A stretch of DNA of 64,000 nt from an uncultured Bacilli bacterium. Lineage in GTDB: Bacteria > Bacillota_I > Bacilli_A > RF39 > UBA660. A model generated the notes under the pieces. The model ran no database searches, was not told the DNA's origin, and saw nothing but the letters and a program-made list of their open reading frames with translations. Shown piece after piece: positions 40,172-50,142 of this stretch. Numbering within the stretch: position 1 is the first letter of the stretch; each line of letters opens with the position of its first letter. A program made the translations under genes and the position numbers. The DNA lies in contig CAKOJI010000002.1 of the NCBI GenBank assembly GCA_934089255.1, positions 606-64,605 on the forward strand, read 5' to 3'.

Positions 40172-41281
40172 CTATTTTTTTATCTCATTTTTAAATCCAA
40201 CTATTACATATGGGTCTTTTTCCGTACCATTTCCTCTAACATTTGTATGTTCACTAATATTAATTACCAATCTAGCCATGCCAGTATTATTAGCACCAGT
40301 TGACATTATTGTTGAATTAATTTTATATACTTGACTAGTATTTGCTGAATTACCTGTAAGTGTCCAATATGAATTTTCAAAATCTGCTAAATAATTATAA
40401 TTACTACAAGTAACTTCATCAGCATTTTTACAACTAGTATCTAGGCTTGCTAACAAATATTCATTTAATTGAAGTAACCCTAAATATTGATTATCAAGTG
40501 TTTGAGAACACTCAATTGAACCATCATTAACTGTTTCTTCTAAACTTCTTTTTCCAATACACAATGTTGTTTCTTTAATATAAGCTTTACCATCTTCACT
40601 TAATACACTATTATTTTTATAAATATCGTCTAATGTATCTTTAATCCTACTATTTATACCGTCTTTAACATAATTATTTTTACCAATAGAAGCACCAACT
40701 TCTTCATTGTATCTATCATCCCAAACTACAGGATCACGTCTACCGTCTTCTATTAATCTTATTGTTCCATCTTCATTTATTTTAGTTATTCTCCATTTTC
40801 TTTTATCGAATACTAAATAATTGTCTACTTTATCTCCTCTAAAATAATATTCATTTCCTATAGAATATAAACCATTACCACTTGTAACCTCTTTACTTAT
40901 TATTGTATCTTTTAAATTAGAAGACTTATAAGTATTATCTGGAGTAGTACAATTTAATATAGGTGAATAAGAATAATAATTATTATTATTTTCTATATAT
41001 AAAGTTCCACTACAACTAGTATTCTTTTTTAACATTTTTTCAGGATCTTTTATAATACCTTTAACAGTTAAATCATTAAGTGATAAACTTACTATACCAT
41101 TTAAACTAGGTAATTCATCCTTATGTGTAGAATAATAACTCTTTGCTTTCTCCATTATTTTAGTTTCAAAAGTTTCAGGATCCATTTTGCTAGAACAAGA
41201 AGAAACTAAAAATAATAAGAAAAATATAATAACAAAAACTCCAAGAACCATATAAATAATCTTTTTCAATTTTTCATCCAT
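40172..41281 (-). CDS. Membrane-anchored protein with pilin-like N-terminal module and unknown C-terminal domain
   Basis: TM, then KAKSYYSTHKDELPSLNGIVSLSLNDLTVKGIIKD...CSGTLYIENNNNYYSYSPILNC, same layout as 38622 and the 45055 prepilin. RBS aggag N8 ATG. Confidence 0.6.
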   Translation of the reverse strand: MDEKLKKIIYMVLGVFVIIFFLLFLVSSCSSKMDPETFETKIMEKAKSYYSTHKDELPSLNGIVSLSLNDLTVKGIIKDPEKMLKKNTSCSGTLYIENNNNYYSYSPILNCTTPDNTYKSSNLKDTIISKEVTSGNGLYSIGNEYYFRGDKVDNYLVFDKRKWRITKINEDGTIRLIEDGRRDPVVWDDRYNEEVGASIGKNNYVKDGINSRIKDTLDDIYKNNSVLSEDGKAYIKETTLCIGKRSLEETVNDGSIECSQTLDNQYLGLLQLNEYLLASLDTSCKNADEVTCSNYNYLADFENSYWTLTGNSANTSQVYKINSTIMSTGANNTGMARLVINISEHTNVRGNGTEKDPYVIVGFKNEIKK

Positions 41282-41390
41282 TTAATCAACTCCTAGAATG
41301 AGTATATCATTATTATTTTTTTATTTCAATAATTCTTTTGCTTTTATTATTCCAATAAATATGATAAAATTTTTATAGGATGTGAAATAT

Positions 41391-42485
41391 ATGATAAAAA
41401 ATAAAAATGATAAAAAAGAAGATAAAATAAAAATGCCTAAAACAAAAGTAAAAAAATTAAAATTAAAACATAGAAATTTAATTATTATAATTGCAGCATT
41501 GATAGTAGTGCTAGCAAGTATAATATTTATACCAAAATTAACAAAGAAAGAAGCACCTAAAAAAGATAACAAAATAGAAAAGAAAGACGAACCAAAATTA
41601 AAAATAATTGATTTAAATTCAAAATCTAGACCATATGCAGTAATGATTAATAATGTTGGAACAGCAAGACCATTACAAAGTGGTTTACAAGACGCTTATT
41701 TAATGTACGAAATAATAGTAGAAGGTGGAATAACTAGATACTTAGCATTATTTATGGATACAACAACAGAAAGAATAGGTTCTATAAGAAGTGCAAGACA
41801 TTACTATTTAGATTATGCTTTAGAAAATGATGCAATATATGTTCATCATGGATATAGCCCTCAAGCATATAATGATTTCAGTGCATTAAAAGTTGATAGA
41901 ATAGAAGTAAGTACACCAAAAACTGGCTGGAGAGATAAAACTTTAAAAGTTGCATCAGAACATACACTATTCACAAGCATAGAAAAATTAAATAATGGAA
42001 TAGGAAGTAAAAGAACAGAAAGAAATAAAGATATATTACTAAATTATAGTGCTAAAGAAATTAATTTAGAAGAAACAGAAGATAGAGTAGTAGCTAACAA
42101 AGTTGTAATACCATATTCAGCTAACACAACTACAAGTTATCAATATAATCCAGAAGAAAAAGTATACTATAGATTTGTAAATGATAAAGAACACACTGAT
42201 TACGTTACAAAAAAACAATACAATTTTAAAAATATTATAACTTACAAAGTTAAAAATTATACATTAGATGACGTAGAAACAAAAGGACGACAAGGAATAG
42301 ATAATGTTGGTAGCGGAGAAGGATATTATATTACAAATGGATATGCAAGAAAAATCAATTGGAAAAAAGATTGTAGAGAATGTCAAACAGTTTACACATA
42401 TAGCGATGGAAAAGAAATTACTGTAAATGACGGAAATACATTTATACAAATTCAACCATCTGATAAAACATTAACAATAGAATAA
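41391..42485 (+). CDS. DUF3048 (YerB-like) exported protein
   Basis: RPYAVMINNVGTARPLQSGLQDAYLMYEIIVEGGITRYLALF...IGSIRSARHYYLDYA..VHHG is the DUF3048 pattern. Confidence 0.75.
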   Translation: MIKNKNDKKEDKIKMPKTKVKKLKLKHRNLIIIIAALIVVLASIIFIPKLTKKEAPKKDNKIEKKDEPKLKIIDLNSKSRPYAVMINNVGTARPLQSGLQDAYLMYEIIVEGGITRYLALFMDTTTERIGSIRSARHYYLDYALENDAIYVHHGYSPQAYNDFSALKVDRIEVSTPKTGWRDKTLKVASEHTLFTSIEKLNNGIGSKRTERNKDILLNYSAKEINLEETEDRVVANKVVIPYSANTTTSYQYNPEEKVYYRFVNDKEHTDYVTKKQYNFKNIITYKVKNYTLDDVETKGRQGIDNVGSGEGYYITNGYARKINWKKDCRECQTVYTYSDGKEITVNDGNTFIQIQPSDKTLTIE

Positions 42486-42498
42486 AAAGGATGATATT

Positions 42499-42741
42499 AT
42501 GCAAGCGATACTAGATAATTATTTAGTAATAATTATTGTTGGACTATTTTTAGTATTTGCACTTATAGGTTATTTAATTGATATGTTAAAAAATAAAGAT
42601 ATATCAGATAATAACATTGAAGTACCTAAAAATATAGAACCAATAGAAGTTACTAAAATAGAAAATAATACAAATAACACAAATAATGACAAAGATGATT
42701 TACTAAAAAATTATGACAATGATACAATAAAAAAATTGTAA
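42499..42741 (+). CDS. Small single-TM protein
   Basis: RBS aagga; one TM then an Asn/Asp-rich tail. Confidence 0.5.
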   Translation: MQAILDNYLVIIIVGLFLVFALIGYLIDMLKNKDISDNNIEVPKNIEPIEVTKIENNTNNTNNDKDDLLKNYDNDTIKKL

Positions 42742-42835
42742 AATATATATAAAGGAAGATATTATAATCTTCTTTTTATAGATTTAATAAAAATATTTTG
42801 ATATAATAAAATATATTATAAGGAGTGATAAAAAA

Positions 42836-43648
42836 ATGACATTTACTGCAATATGGAATGTAATAACAAAAATTATAGATATTTGTTTAGTATGGATAAT
42901 GTTTTATTTCATATTTAAAAACATAAAAAATAATGTAAAAATGGTACTTATATTTAAAGGAGTAATAATAATAATATTAATTAAAATATTAAGTAATATT
43001 CTTGATTTGTACACAATTGGTTTGCTACTAGAATACGTTTTATCTTGGGGACCAATAGCATTAATAGTAATATTCCAACCTGAAATTAGAAATGTTTTAG
43101 AAAGTATAGGAAGAAGCCAATTATTAGGAAGACATAAAGTACTAACAGGGGATGAAAGAGAAAAAATTGTATTTGAAATAATGACTGCTATTGAATACTT
43201 AAAGAAAAACAGGATAGGTGCTTTAATAGTTCTTGAAAGAAATATGTCTTTACAAGAATATATAGAACCTGCAAATAAAATATATTCTGATATAACTGCA
43301 CCATTATTAGATGCAATATTCTTACCACCAAATCCATTACACGATGGCGGTGTTATTATTCAAGGAGACAGATTAACTTGTGCAGGAGCAGTATTTAAAA
43401 CAAGTATGAATCCAAACGTAAATAAAAAATTAGGAACAAGACATAGAGCAGCACTAGGTGTTGCAGAAGAAACAGATGCAATAGCATTAGTAGTTTCAGA
43501 AGAAACTGGTAGAATATCAATTGCTGTAGATAATCATTTATACTACAACTTAACATTAGAAGAATTTAAGATGAAGTTACTTGATGAACTTAAACCTAAA
43601 ACTGAAGTATTCTATGATGCTGATGAGGAGGATGATATAAATGAGTAA
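42836..43648 (+). CDS. cdaA: Diadenylate cyclase CdaA (membrane-bound DAC)
   Basis: Three N-terminal TM segments; DAC domain GALIVLER, HDGGVIIQGDRL, LGTRHRAALGVAEETDAIALVVSEETGRIS. Confidence 0.93.
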   Translation: MTFTAIWNVITKIIDICLVWIMFYFIFKNIKNNVKMVLIFKGVIIIILIKILSNILDLYTIGLLLEYVLSWGPIALIVIFQPEIRNVLESIGRSQLLGRHKVLTGDEREKIVFEIMTAIEYLKKNRIGALIVLERNMSLQEYIEPANKIYSDITAPLLDAIFLPPNPLHDGGVIIQGDRLTCAGAVFKTSMNPNVNKKLGTRHRAALGVAEETDAIALVVSEETGRISIAVDNHLYYNLTLEEFKMKLLDELKPKTEVFYDADEEDDINE

Positions 43649-45002
43649 GATATTTAAACCATTTATTGCAATTTTTAAATTTATTTATGCAATATTAGAT
43701 AAATTAATCGTAACTCCTATAAGTAAACTAGTTTATAGAATAAGTAAACTTGGAAAAAATAATGGAGGAAAATTAGAAAGAATACTAAATAGACCAATTG
43801 TATTAATATATATTTCTCTAATATGTGCAATTGCAATATTTTATTTAGTAGATCATAAAGTAATATCTCTAGTAGATAATGAAGCAGAAATAATTACAGA
43901 TCAAAAAGTTAATATAATATACAATGAAGAAAATTATGTTGTTGAAGGTGTTCCTGAAACAGTAGACATAACATTAATTGGTTCAAAAAGTAACTTGTAT
44001 TTGGCAAAACAAATTGGTGACCATAAAGTTGTTCTAGACCTAACAAATTATGAACCAGGAACATATAAAGTTAAACTAAAATATAATCATTCAATGAACA
44101 ACGTAAGTTATAAGTTAGACCCTTCTACTATATCAATTAAAATAAGTGAAAAAGAAAGTGCAGTATTTAATCTTACTTATGATTTAGTAAACGAAAACAA
44201 ATTAGATAAAAAACTTAATATTAATAGTGTAAAACTTGATAAGAGCGAAGTTATAGTAAAAGGTTCTAAAGAAACTCTAGCAACTATATCAAACGTAAAA
44301 GCTCTAATTGATGTTGAAGCAGCAGGATTAACCAACAAAGGCGAATATAAAGTAGATTCAATAAAATTAGTAGCATACGATAATAATGGAAATAAAGTTA
44401 AAAATGTTGAAATGGTTCCAAATAACATAAGTGCTCAAATAAAAGTAGAATCATATTCAGTTGAATTACCAGTTAAGGTTGTTACAAGTGGAAATATTAC
44501 AACAGGTTATGCACTTAACTCAATTAATTCATCAGTTACAAAAGTAACAGTTTATGGTGACCAAGAAGTATTAGATAATTTAACATACATTGAAGCACCT
44601 ATAGATGTAACTGGACTAAGTACAAATAAAACATTCAGTGGAGTTAACTTAACAAAGCCAATTGGAGTTAGATATATGACTGAATCAACAACAAGCGTAA
44701 CTGTCACTCTAGACGTTGAAACTAGTAGAGAATTTGCCGGAATAGTAATAGAATCAAGAAATTTAGCAGATGAATACACAGCTTCCGCACTAACAGAAAA
44801 CGATAGAACAATAACAGTAATTGCAAAAGGTGTAAAAAGTGCACTCGATACTTTAGAAGATTCTAAAATAAAAGCATATATTGATTTATCAGGTTATACT
44901 GCTGGTACTTACGAAGTAGAAGTTAAGCCAGAAACTGACGATTCAAGGTTTACATTAGTTGCAACTAGTAGCAAAGTTAAAATAAAAATATCAAAGAAGT
45001 AG
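43641..45002 (+). CDS. cdaR: CdaA regulator CdaR (YbbR-domain protein)
   Basis: N-terminal TM followed by four YbbR-like beta-rich repeats; start overlaps cdaA. Confidence 0.85.
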   Translation: MSKIFKPFIAIFKFIYAILDKLIVTPISKLVYRISKLGKNNGGKLERILNRPIVLIYISLICAIAIFYLVDHKVISLVDNEAEIITDQKVNIIYNEENYVVEGVPETVDITLIGSKSNLYLAKQIGDHKVVLDLTNYEPGTYKVKLKYNHSMNNVSYKLDPSTISIKISEKESAVFNLTYDLVNENKLDKKLNINSVKLDKSEVIVKGSKETLATISNVKALIDVEAAGLTNKGEYKVDSIKLVAYDNNGNKVKNVEMVPNNISAQIKVESYSVELPVKVVTSGNITTGYALNSINSSVTKVTVYGDQEVLDNLTYIEAPIDVTGLSTNKTFSGVNLTKPIGVRYMTESTTSVTVTLDVETSREFAGIVIESRNLADEYTASALTENDRTITVIAKGVKSALDTLEDSKIKAYIDLSGYTAGTYEVEVKPETDDSRFTLVATSSKVKIKISKK

Positions 45003-45021
45003 TTCATACTACTTTTTTTTT
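44997..45021 (+). terminator. Strong intrinsic terminator directly after cdaR
   Basis: AAGTAGT tcat ACTACTT followed by T8. Confidence 0.8.
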
Positions 45022-45054
45022 GAGTTTTATGATAAAATCATAATAGGTGATAGT

Positions 45055-45519
45055 ATGAATAAAGGTTTTACCCTAGTAGAATTAATTGCAGTAGTAACAA
45101 TTCTAGGACTAATAGTAATAATAACAACACCTGCATATGATAGTATTAGTAAAAATATAAAAACAAGAAATTACGAATCAAAAAAAACAACTATTAAAAA
45201 AGCAACACAAGAGTTTGTTGAAAAATATTTAAAAAATGAAGCATACGATGGAACAAACCCAAAAACATTATGTTTCTCAGTTAATTATTTAATTAGAAAT
45301 GGCATTATTTCAAGTGACGATGAAAAAGAAGAATATATAAAAAATGACATTACTGACGAAAAATATAAAGGTGAAACTCCTTTTGTTAAAATATATTACG
45401 ATTTAGATAGTTTAAAATTAGTTGCAGTTGCAACTGGAGAAGAAGAAGTAAAAAACAAAAAAAATATTACAATAATAAAATCTTTCGAAAGGCTGGCTTG
45501 TACAAAAGATTTTAAGTAA
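45055..45519 (+). CDS. Type IV pilin/pseudopilin-like protein (prepilin N-terminal cleavage/methylation motif)
   Basis: MNKG|FTLVELIAVVTILGLIVIITTPAY: Gly-1, Phe+1, Glu+5 class III signal peptide; two Cys in the globular part; RBS aggtga. Confidence 0.85.
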   Translation: MNKGFTLVELIAVVTILGLIVIITTPAYDSISKNIKTRNYESKKTTIKKATQEFVEKYLKNEAYDGTNPKTLCFSVNYLIRNGIISSDDEKEEYIKNDITDEKYKGETPFVKIYYDLDSLKLVAVATGEEEVKNKKNITIIKSFERLACTKDFK

Positions 45520-45533
45520 AGGAATGATTTGAT

Positions 45534-47048
45534 ATGAAAAAAATAATTTTATTAATAATGGACGGTTTTGGATATAGAGAAGAACCACACGGAAATGCAA
45601 TAATTGATGCACATATGGAAACATTTAATAAACTATGGAACGAATACCCACATAGTATATTAGAGGCTAGTGGAAGTTATGTTGGACTACCAGATGGACA
45701 ATTTGGTAATAGTGAAGTATGCCATACTGCTATCGGTGTAGGGAAAAAAATAAAACAAGATATAACTGTAATTAATGAAAATGTTGATAATGGAAAAATC
45801 AAAAATAACGAAAATTTAATAAATTTAGTAGACCACGTAAATACTAACAACTCAACACTTCATTTAATGGGATTACTTAGTGATGGTGGAGTTCATTCAG
45901 ACATTAATTATATGAAAAAATTAATACCAATTCTAAAAGATATGGGAGTAAAAAAAATAATTTTTCACGCAATAACTGATGGTAGAGATACGGACTCAAT
46001 GTGTGCACTAAAATATATAGATGAAATGAACCAGGTATTAAATGATAATAATATTGGACACATTGGAACTGTTTGTGGAAGATTTTATGCAATGGATAGA
46101 GATAACAAATGGGAAAGAACAAGAGTTTATTCAGATATGATAATAAATGGAAAAGGATTAAAAATATTAGACACAGAAGTTGCTATAAAAAATTGCTATA
46201 AAAGAGGTTTAACAGATGAATTTTTACCACCTTTAATACTAAATCCAGAATTTAAAATAAATGAACACGATGGATTATTATGGTTAAATTTTAGAAGTGA
46301 TAGAGCAAGACAAATATTAAAAAGTTTAACTGACGTTGCATTTAATGAATATCCTATAGGACACGTAAATAATTTAAGAGTTTTAACAATGTTTGAAGTA
46401 CCAGAAATTACATCACCAACAATATTTAAAAAAGAACTAGATAACATATATAGCATAGGTAGATACTTTAGTGATTTAGGTATGACTCAAGCAAGAGTTG
46501 CTGAAACAGAAAAATATGCACACGTAACTTATTTCTTTAATGGCGGTATTGAAGACAAATTAAAAGGTTGCGATAACTTTAAAATCCCAAGTCCTAAAGT
46601 AGCAACATATGATTTATTACCAGAAATGAGTATCAAAGAAGTCACTAAACAAGTATTAAAATGTATTGACAAAGATTATGATTTCATACTAGTAAATTTT
46701 GCAAACCCAGATATGGTTGGACACACAGGAAACTACGAAGCTGCTGTACAATGCCTAAAATACGTAGATGAATCACTAAAAGCAATTTATGAAAAAGCTC
46801 AAGATAATTTTTATGATATGTTAATAACAAGCGATCATGGAAATATAGATACAATGATAGATTCTCACGGAGTACCAGTTACAACTCACTCAATGAGTCC
46901 AGTACCATTTATATTTTGTGATAAAAACGTTTCATTAAAAGAATACGGTGTTATAACAATGATTGCACCAACTTTATTAAAATATATGGATATTAAAATA
47001 CCAGAAGAAATGAGTTCTACACCATTACTTTTTAAAAGGGAGGATTAA
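45534..47048 (+). CDS. gpmI: 2,3-bisphosphoglycerate-independent phosphoglycerate mutase
   Basis: LIMDGFGYRE, GLPDGQFGNSEVCHTAIG, ITDGRDT, FANPDMVGHTG, TSDHGN. Confidence 0.93.
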   Translation: MKKIILLIMDGFGYREEPHGNAIIDAHMETFNKLWNEYPHSILEASGSYVGLPDGQFGNSEVCHTAIGVGKKIKQDITVINENVDNGKIKNNENLINLVDHVNTNNSTLHLMGLLSDGGVHSDINYMKKLIPILKDMGVKKIIFHAITDGRDTDSMCALKYIDEMNQVLNDNNIGHIGTVCGRFYAMDRDNKWERTRVYSDMIINGKGLKILDTEVAIKNCYKRGLTDEFLPPLILNPEFKINEHDGLLWLNFRSDRARQILKSLTDVAFNEYPIGHVNNLRVLTMFEVPEITSPTIFKKELDNIYSIGRYFSDLGMTQARVAETEKYAHVTYFFNGGIEDKLKGCDNFKIPSPKVATYDLLPEMSIKEVTKQVLKCIDKDYDFILVNFANPDMVGHTGNYEAAVQCLKYVDESLKAIYEKAQDNFYDMLITSDHGNIDTMIDSHGVPVTTHSMSPVPFIFCDKNVSLKEYGVITMIAPTLLKYMDIKIPEEMSSTPLLFKRED

Positions 47049-47050
47049 TT

Positions 47051-48406
47051 GTGATTGATACTAGCGTATTAAGAGAAAACGATATAAGAGGCGTTTACGG
47101 TAAAAACATTACAGAAGAATTAGCAATTTTAGTAGGAAAAGCTTTTGGTACTTACCTAATTAATAACCAAAAAAAAGAATGTGTAGTAAGTTATGATAAT
47201 AGAGTAAGTGGAGAAACTTTAGTAGAAAATTTAATGAAAGGATTAGTTTCAACTGGAATAAATGTTATATTCATTGGTATGACAACAACTCCAGTATTAA
47301 ACTATGCAACCATAAACTTTAATATAGAAGCAGGAATAATAGTAACAGCAAGTCATAATCCTGCAAACGAAAATGGTTTTAAATTATTTAGTAATGATTT
47401 TTTACATTTAAAACATCAAGAATTAGAAAAAGTTTATGAACTAATTAAAACAAAGAAATTTATTTTTGGAAAAGGAACAATTATATATAAAAGCATTAAT
47501 GATTCTTACATAAATATGTTAGATACATATATATTAAAAGGAAATAAAAAATTAAAAGTTGCTATAGACTGTGGAAATGGAACAACTAGTTTATATATAA
47601 AAGATGTTATAAAAAAATTTAACATTGAGCCTATTTTCATTAATTCTACTAGTGATGGTAGATTTCCAAAGCATAATCCAGATCCAAACAATGATAAAAA
47701 CTTAGTTGAATTAAAAGAAATTGTAAAAAAAGAAAAATGTGATTTTGGTGCAGCGTATGACGGTGACGGAGATAGAATAGGAATAGTAGATGAATTAGGA
47801 AATACTATAGAAAGTGACAAACTTATTGCTATTTTCTCAAGACACATAATTCCAAAAACGTTAAATAAAAATGTAATAATAGATGTTAAATGTTCTAATG
47901 CATTAACATTAGATTTAAAAAATATTGGTGCAAATCCTATTATGGTAAAAAATGGAAGCGCATATATAGAAACAGTATTAAAAGAACAAAATTCATACGT
48001 TGGTGGAGAATACTCTGGACATATATTCTTTAGAGATAAATATTATGGATATGATGACGGAATATATGTAAGTTTAAGAATGTATGAAATACTGTCAAAT
48101 ACTAATAAATCTTGTAGTGAATTATTAGAAGGATATAAAAAATATTATAATACTCCTGAAATTAGAATTAAAACAACAGATGAAAAAAAATGGAAAATAA
48201 TAGAAAAAGTAAAAGATTACGTTAAATCAAAAGGTTATAATTTTTTAGATATAGATGGTGTAAGAGTAGAATTTGAAGATTCTTGGGCTTTAGTTAGATG
48301 TAGCAATACAGAACCTAGTATAACAATTAGATACGAAGCTGAAACAGAAAAAAGATTAGAAGAAATAAAAAATGAATTTGATACTTTAATTAACACTTTA
48401 CTGTAA
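47051..48406 (+). CDS. Alpha-D-phosphohexomutase of the phosphomannomutase/phosphoglucomutase (ManB/AlgC) type, in the slot where glmM usually follows cdaR
   Basis: NDIRGVYG, TASHNPANENGFK (phosphoserine loop), DGRFPKHNPDP, YDGDGDRIG, GGEYSGHIFF, RCSNTEP. The DIRG and SNTEP variants point to PMM/PGM rather than canonical GlmM (FGTDGVRG, PSGTEP). Confidence 0.8.
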   Translation: MIDTSVLRENDIRGVYGKNITEELAILVGKAFGTYLINNQKKECVVSYDNRVSGETLVENLMKGLVSTGINVIFIGMTTTPVLNYATINFNIEAGIIVTASHNPANENGFKLFSNDFLHLKHQELEKVYELIKTKKFIFGKGTIIYKSINDSYINMLDTYILKGNKKLKVAIDCGNGTTSLYIKDVIKKFNIEPIFINSTSDGRFPKHNPDPNNDKNLVELKEIVKKEKCDFGAAYDGDGDRIGIVDELGNTIESDKLIAIFSRHIIPKTLNKNVIIDVKCSNALTLDLKNIGANPIMVKNGSAYIETVLKEQNSYVGGEYSGHIFFRDKYYGYDDGIYVSLRMYEILSNTNKSCSELLEGYKKYYNTPEIRIKTTDEKKWKIIEKVKDYVKSKGYNFLDIDGVRVEFEDSWALVRCSNTEPSITIRYEAETEKRLEEIKNEFDTLINTLL

Positions 48407-48457
48407 AGTAATAACTAATTTATTACAAACTTTATACTTATATGATATAATTAAATT

Positions 48458-48629
48458 ACCTAGAAGATTGGTATACTATATAAAACCGACTAAGTGTGAT
48501 ATTGGGAGTCTAATTAATATGTGGTGTTGAATACTAGACCATTAAGTGATTCTAGGATCCTAAAGCATATTATGTGATACCCACCTGGCGAGAGCGGGTT
48601 TTTATCACATATACTGATTTCTGGGTTTT
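48458..48629 (+). ncRNA. Structured ~170-nt RNA upstream of tcdA: candidate 6S RNA (alternatively a cis-regulatory leader)
   Basis: Promoter TTACAA (48423-48428) N17 TATAAT (48446-48451). 5' CCUAGAAGAUUGGUAUA (48459-48475) pairs with 3' UAUACUGAUUUCUGGG (48610-48625), 16 pairs with one bulge and several G-U. UGUGAUA (48495-48501) pairs with UAUCACA (48603-48609). Internal GC-rich hairpin CCCACCUGGCGAGAGCGGG. As I recall, B. subtilis 6S-1 (bsrA) lies in the aspS-yrvM(tcdA) spacer. Confidence 0.45.
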
Positions 48630-48644
48630 ATTGTGGGTGTTAAT

Positions 48645-49325
48645 ATGTTTGAAAGAGTTATAAGTTTAATAGGAAAAACTGAATTTGATAAATTAAAAAA
48701 TATAAAAGTCTTAATAGTTGGTTGTGGAGGTGTCGGTGGCTATGCACTTGAAACATTAGTAAGAAGTGGCATAGAAAATATTGATATTATTGATTTTGAT
48801 AAAATTGATATTACAAATTTAAATAGACAAATAATAACAAACAAAGAAAATATAAATTTATATAAAGTTGATGAAGCAAAAAAACGCGCATTAAGTATAA
48901 ATCCTAAAATAAATATAAACACTTTTAAACTTTTTTTAGATAAAGATAATATTGATGAAATATTAAATAATAATTATAACTATATTATAGATGCATGTGA
49001 TTCTTTAGATACAAAATTAGAATTAATAAAAAAAAGCATATATGGAAAATTTAAACTAATATCAAGTATGGGAACAGCAAAAAAAATAGATCCAACAAAA
49101 CTAGAAATAACTACACTAGATAAAACTAATTATGATCCGTTAGCAAAAGTTCTTAGAAAAAAAGTACGCGATTTAAAAATTAATAAGAAAATATATGTAG
49201 TATCAACAACAGAAAAAATAATTGATTGTGATATATTAGGTAGCTTTATGATGGTTCCTGCCACTTCAGGAATACTTTGTGCTAAATATGTTATTTGTGA
49301 TGCTATTAATTTGAAAAATAATTAA
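48645..49325 (+). CDS. tcdA: ThiF/HesA-family protein, tRNA threonylcarbamoyladenosine dehydratase TcdA (YrvM)-like
   Basis: VLIVGCGGVGGYALETLVRSGIENIDIIDFDKIDITNLNRQ (Rossmann plus NRQ), IIDACDS. Confidence 0.8.
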   Translation: MFERVISLIGKTEFDKLKNIKVLIVGCGGVGGYALETLVRSGIENIDIIDFDKIDITNLNRQIITNKENINLYKVDEAKKRALSINPKININTFKLFLDKDNIDEILNNNYNYIIDACDSLDTKLELIKKSIYGKFKLISSMGTAKKIDPTKLEITTLDKTNYDPLAKVLRKKVRDLKINKKIYVVSTTEKIIDCDILGSFMMVPATSGILCAKYVICDAINLKNN

Positions 49326-49367
49326 TTATATAGTATAATACAACAACTTCGAAAAGGGGAATTATCT

Positions 49368-50087
49368 ATGAAAGTATTATTTAGTGATTACGATGGTACT
49401 ATTAAAACATTTGACAGATATGCAAATTATTTTGAAAAACGTACTTTTAAAAAAAATATAGATGCTATAGATAAATTTCTTGGGAATGGAAATAAATTTA
49501 TTATAACAACTAAAAGAAACACATACTCTATATTGGAAGAATTAGAAAAATATAAAATAAATTATAGCTATTTAACAACATATAACGGAAGAGTAACATT
49601 AGATAGTAAAAACAATATTATAACAAAAAAAGAAATTCATAAAGAATTATTAAAAGAAATAAAAAGTATACTAGAGAATACTGATTTAATTACAAAAATA
49701 AAAGCATTTGATGAACACACAATAACAAAAGAAATAGAAAATTTAATTATATTATATTTATATTCTGATAATATAGAAAAACTTCATGAATTAATAAGAC
49801 AAATAGCAAGATATTATGCTGATATAAAAGTAGAAGGATGTTTTGCTCCAAAAAGAATAAAATTAAATATAGAATATACAAAAAAGGATGGAGCAAAAGA
49901 ATTAATAGACTTATTTAATTGGAATGAAAATGACGTATATTCTGTTGGAAACGGACCTAATGACTATGAATTATTGAAAAAATATAATGGGTTTAAGATA
50001 GAGTCATCTTATTATTATGACGACTTAGAAAATTTCAAAACCACGCCAAATATCTACAAATTAATAAAAAAAATAAATAACATATAA
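49368..50087 (+). CDS. HAD-IIB (Cof-type) phosphatase-like protein
   Basis: [10 protein letters not shown] motif I, C-terminal [10 protein letters not shown] motif IV. Confidence 0.7.
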   Translation: MKVLFSDYDGTIKTFDRYANYFEKRTFKKNIDAIDKFLGNGNKFIITTKRNTYSILEELEKYKINYSYLTTYNGRVTLDSKNNIITKKEIHKELLKEIKSILENTDLITKIKAFDEHTITKEIENLIILYLYSDNIEKLHELIRQIARYYADIKVEGCFAPKRIKLNIEYTKKDGAKELIDLFNWNENDVYSVGNGPNDYELLKKYNGFKIESSYYYDDLENFKTTPNIYKLIKKINNI

Positions 50088-50142
50088 AAACTATATGTTT
50101 TTTTTTAAATATGATAAAATAATTATTAGTCAGGTGATTAGA

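Noticed and set aside
47051-48406. Calling this gene glmM on positional grounds (after cdaA-cdaR)
   Set aside because: Motifs NDIRG, DGRFPKHNPDP and RCSNTEP are PMM/PGM-type rather than GlmM-type (FGTDGVRG, PSGTEP). A terminator and two other genes separate it from cdaR.
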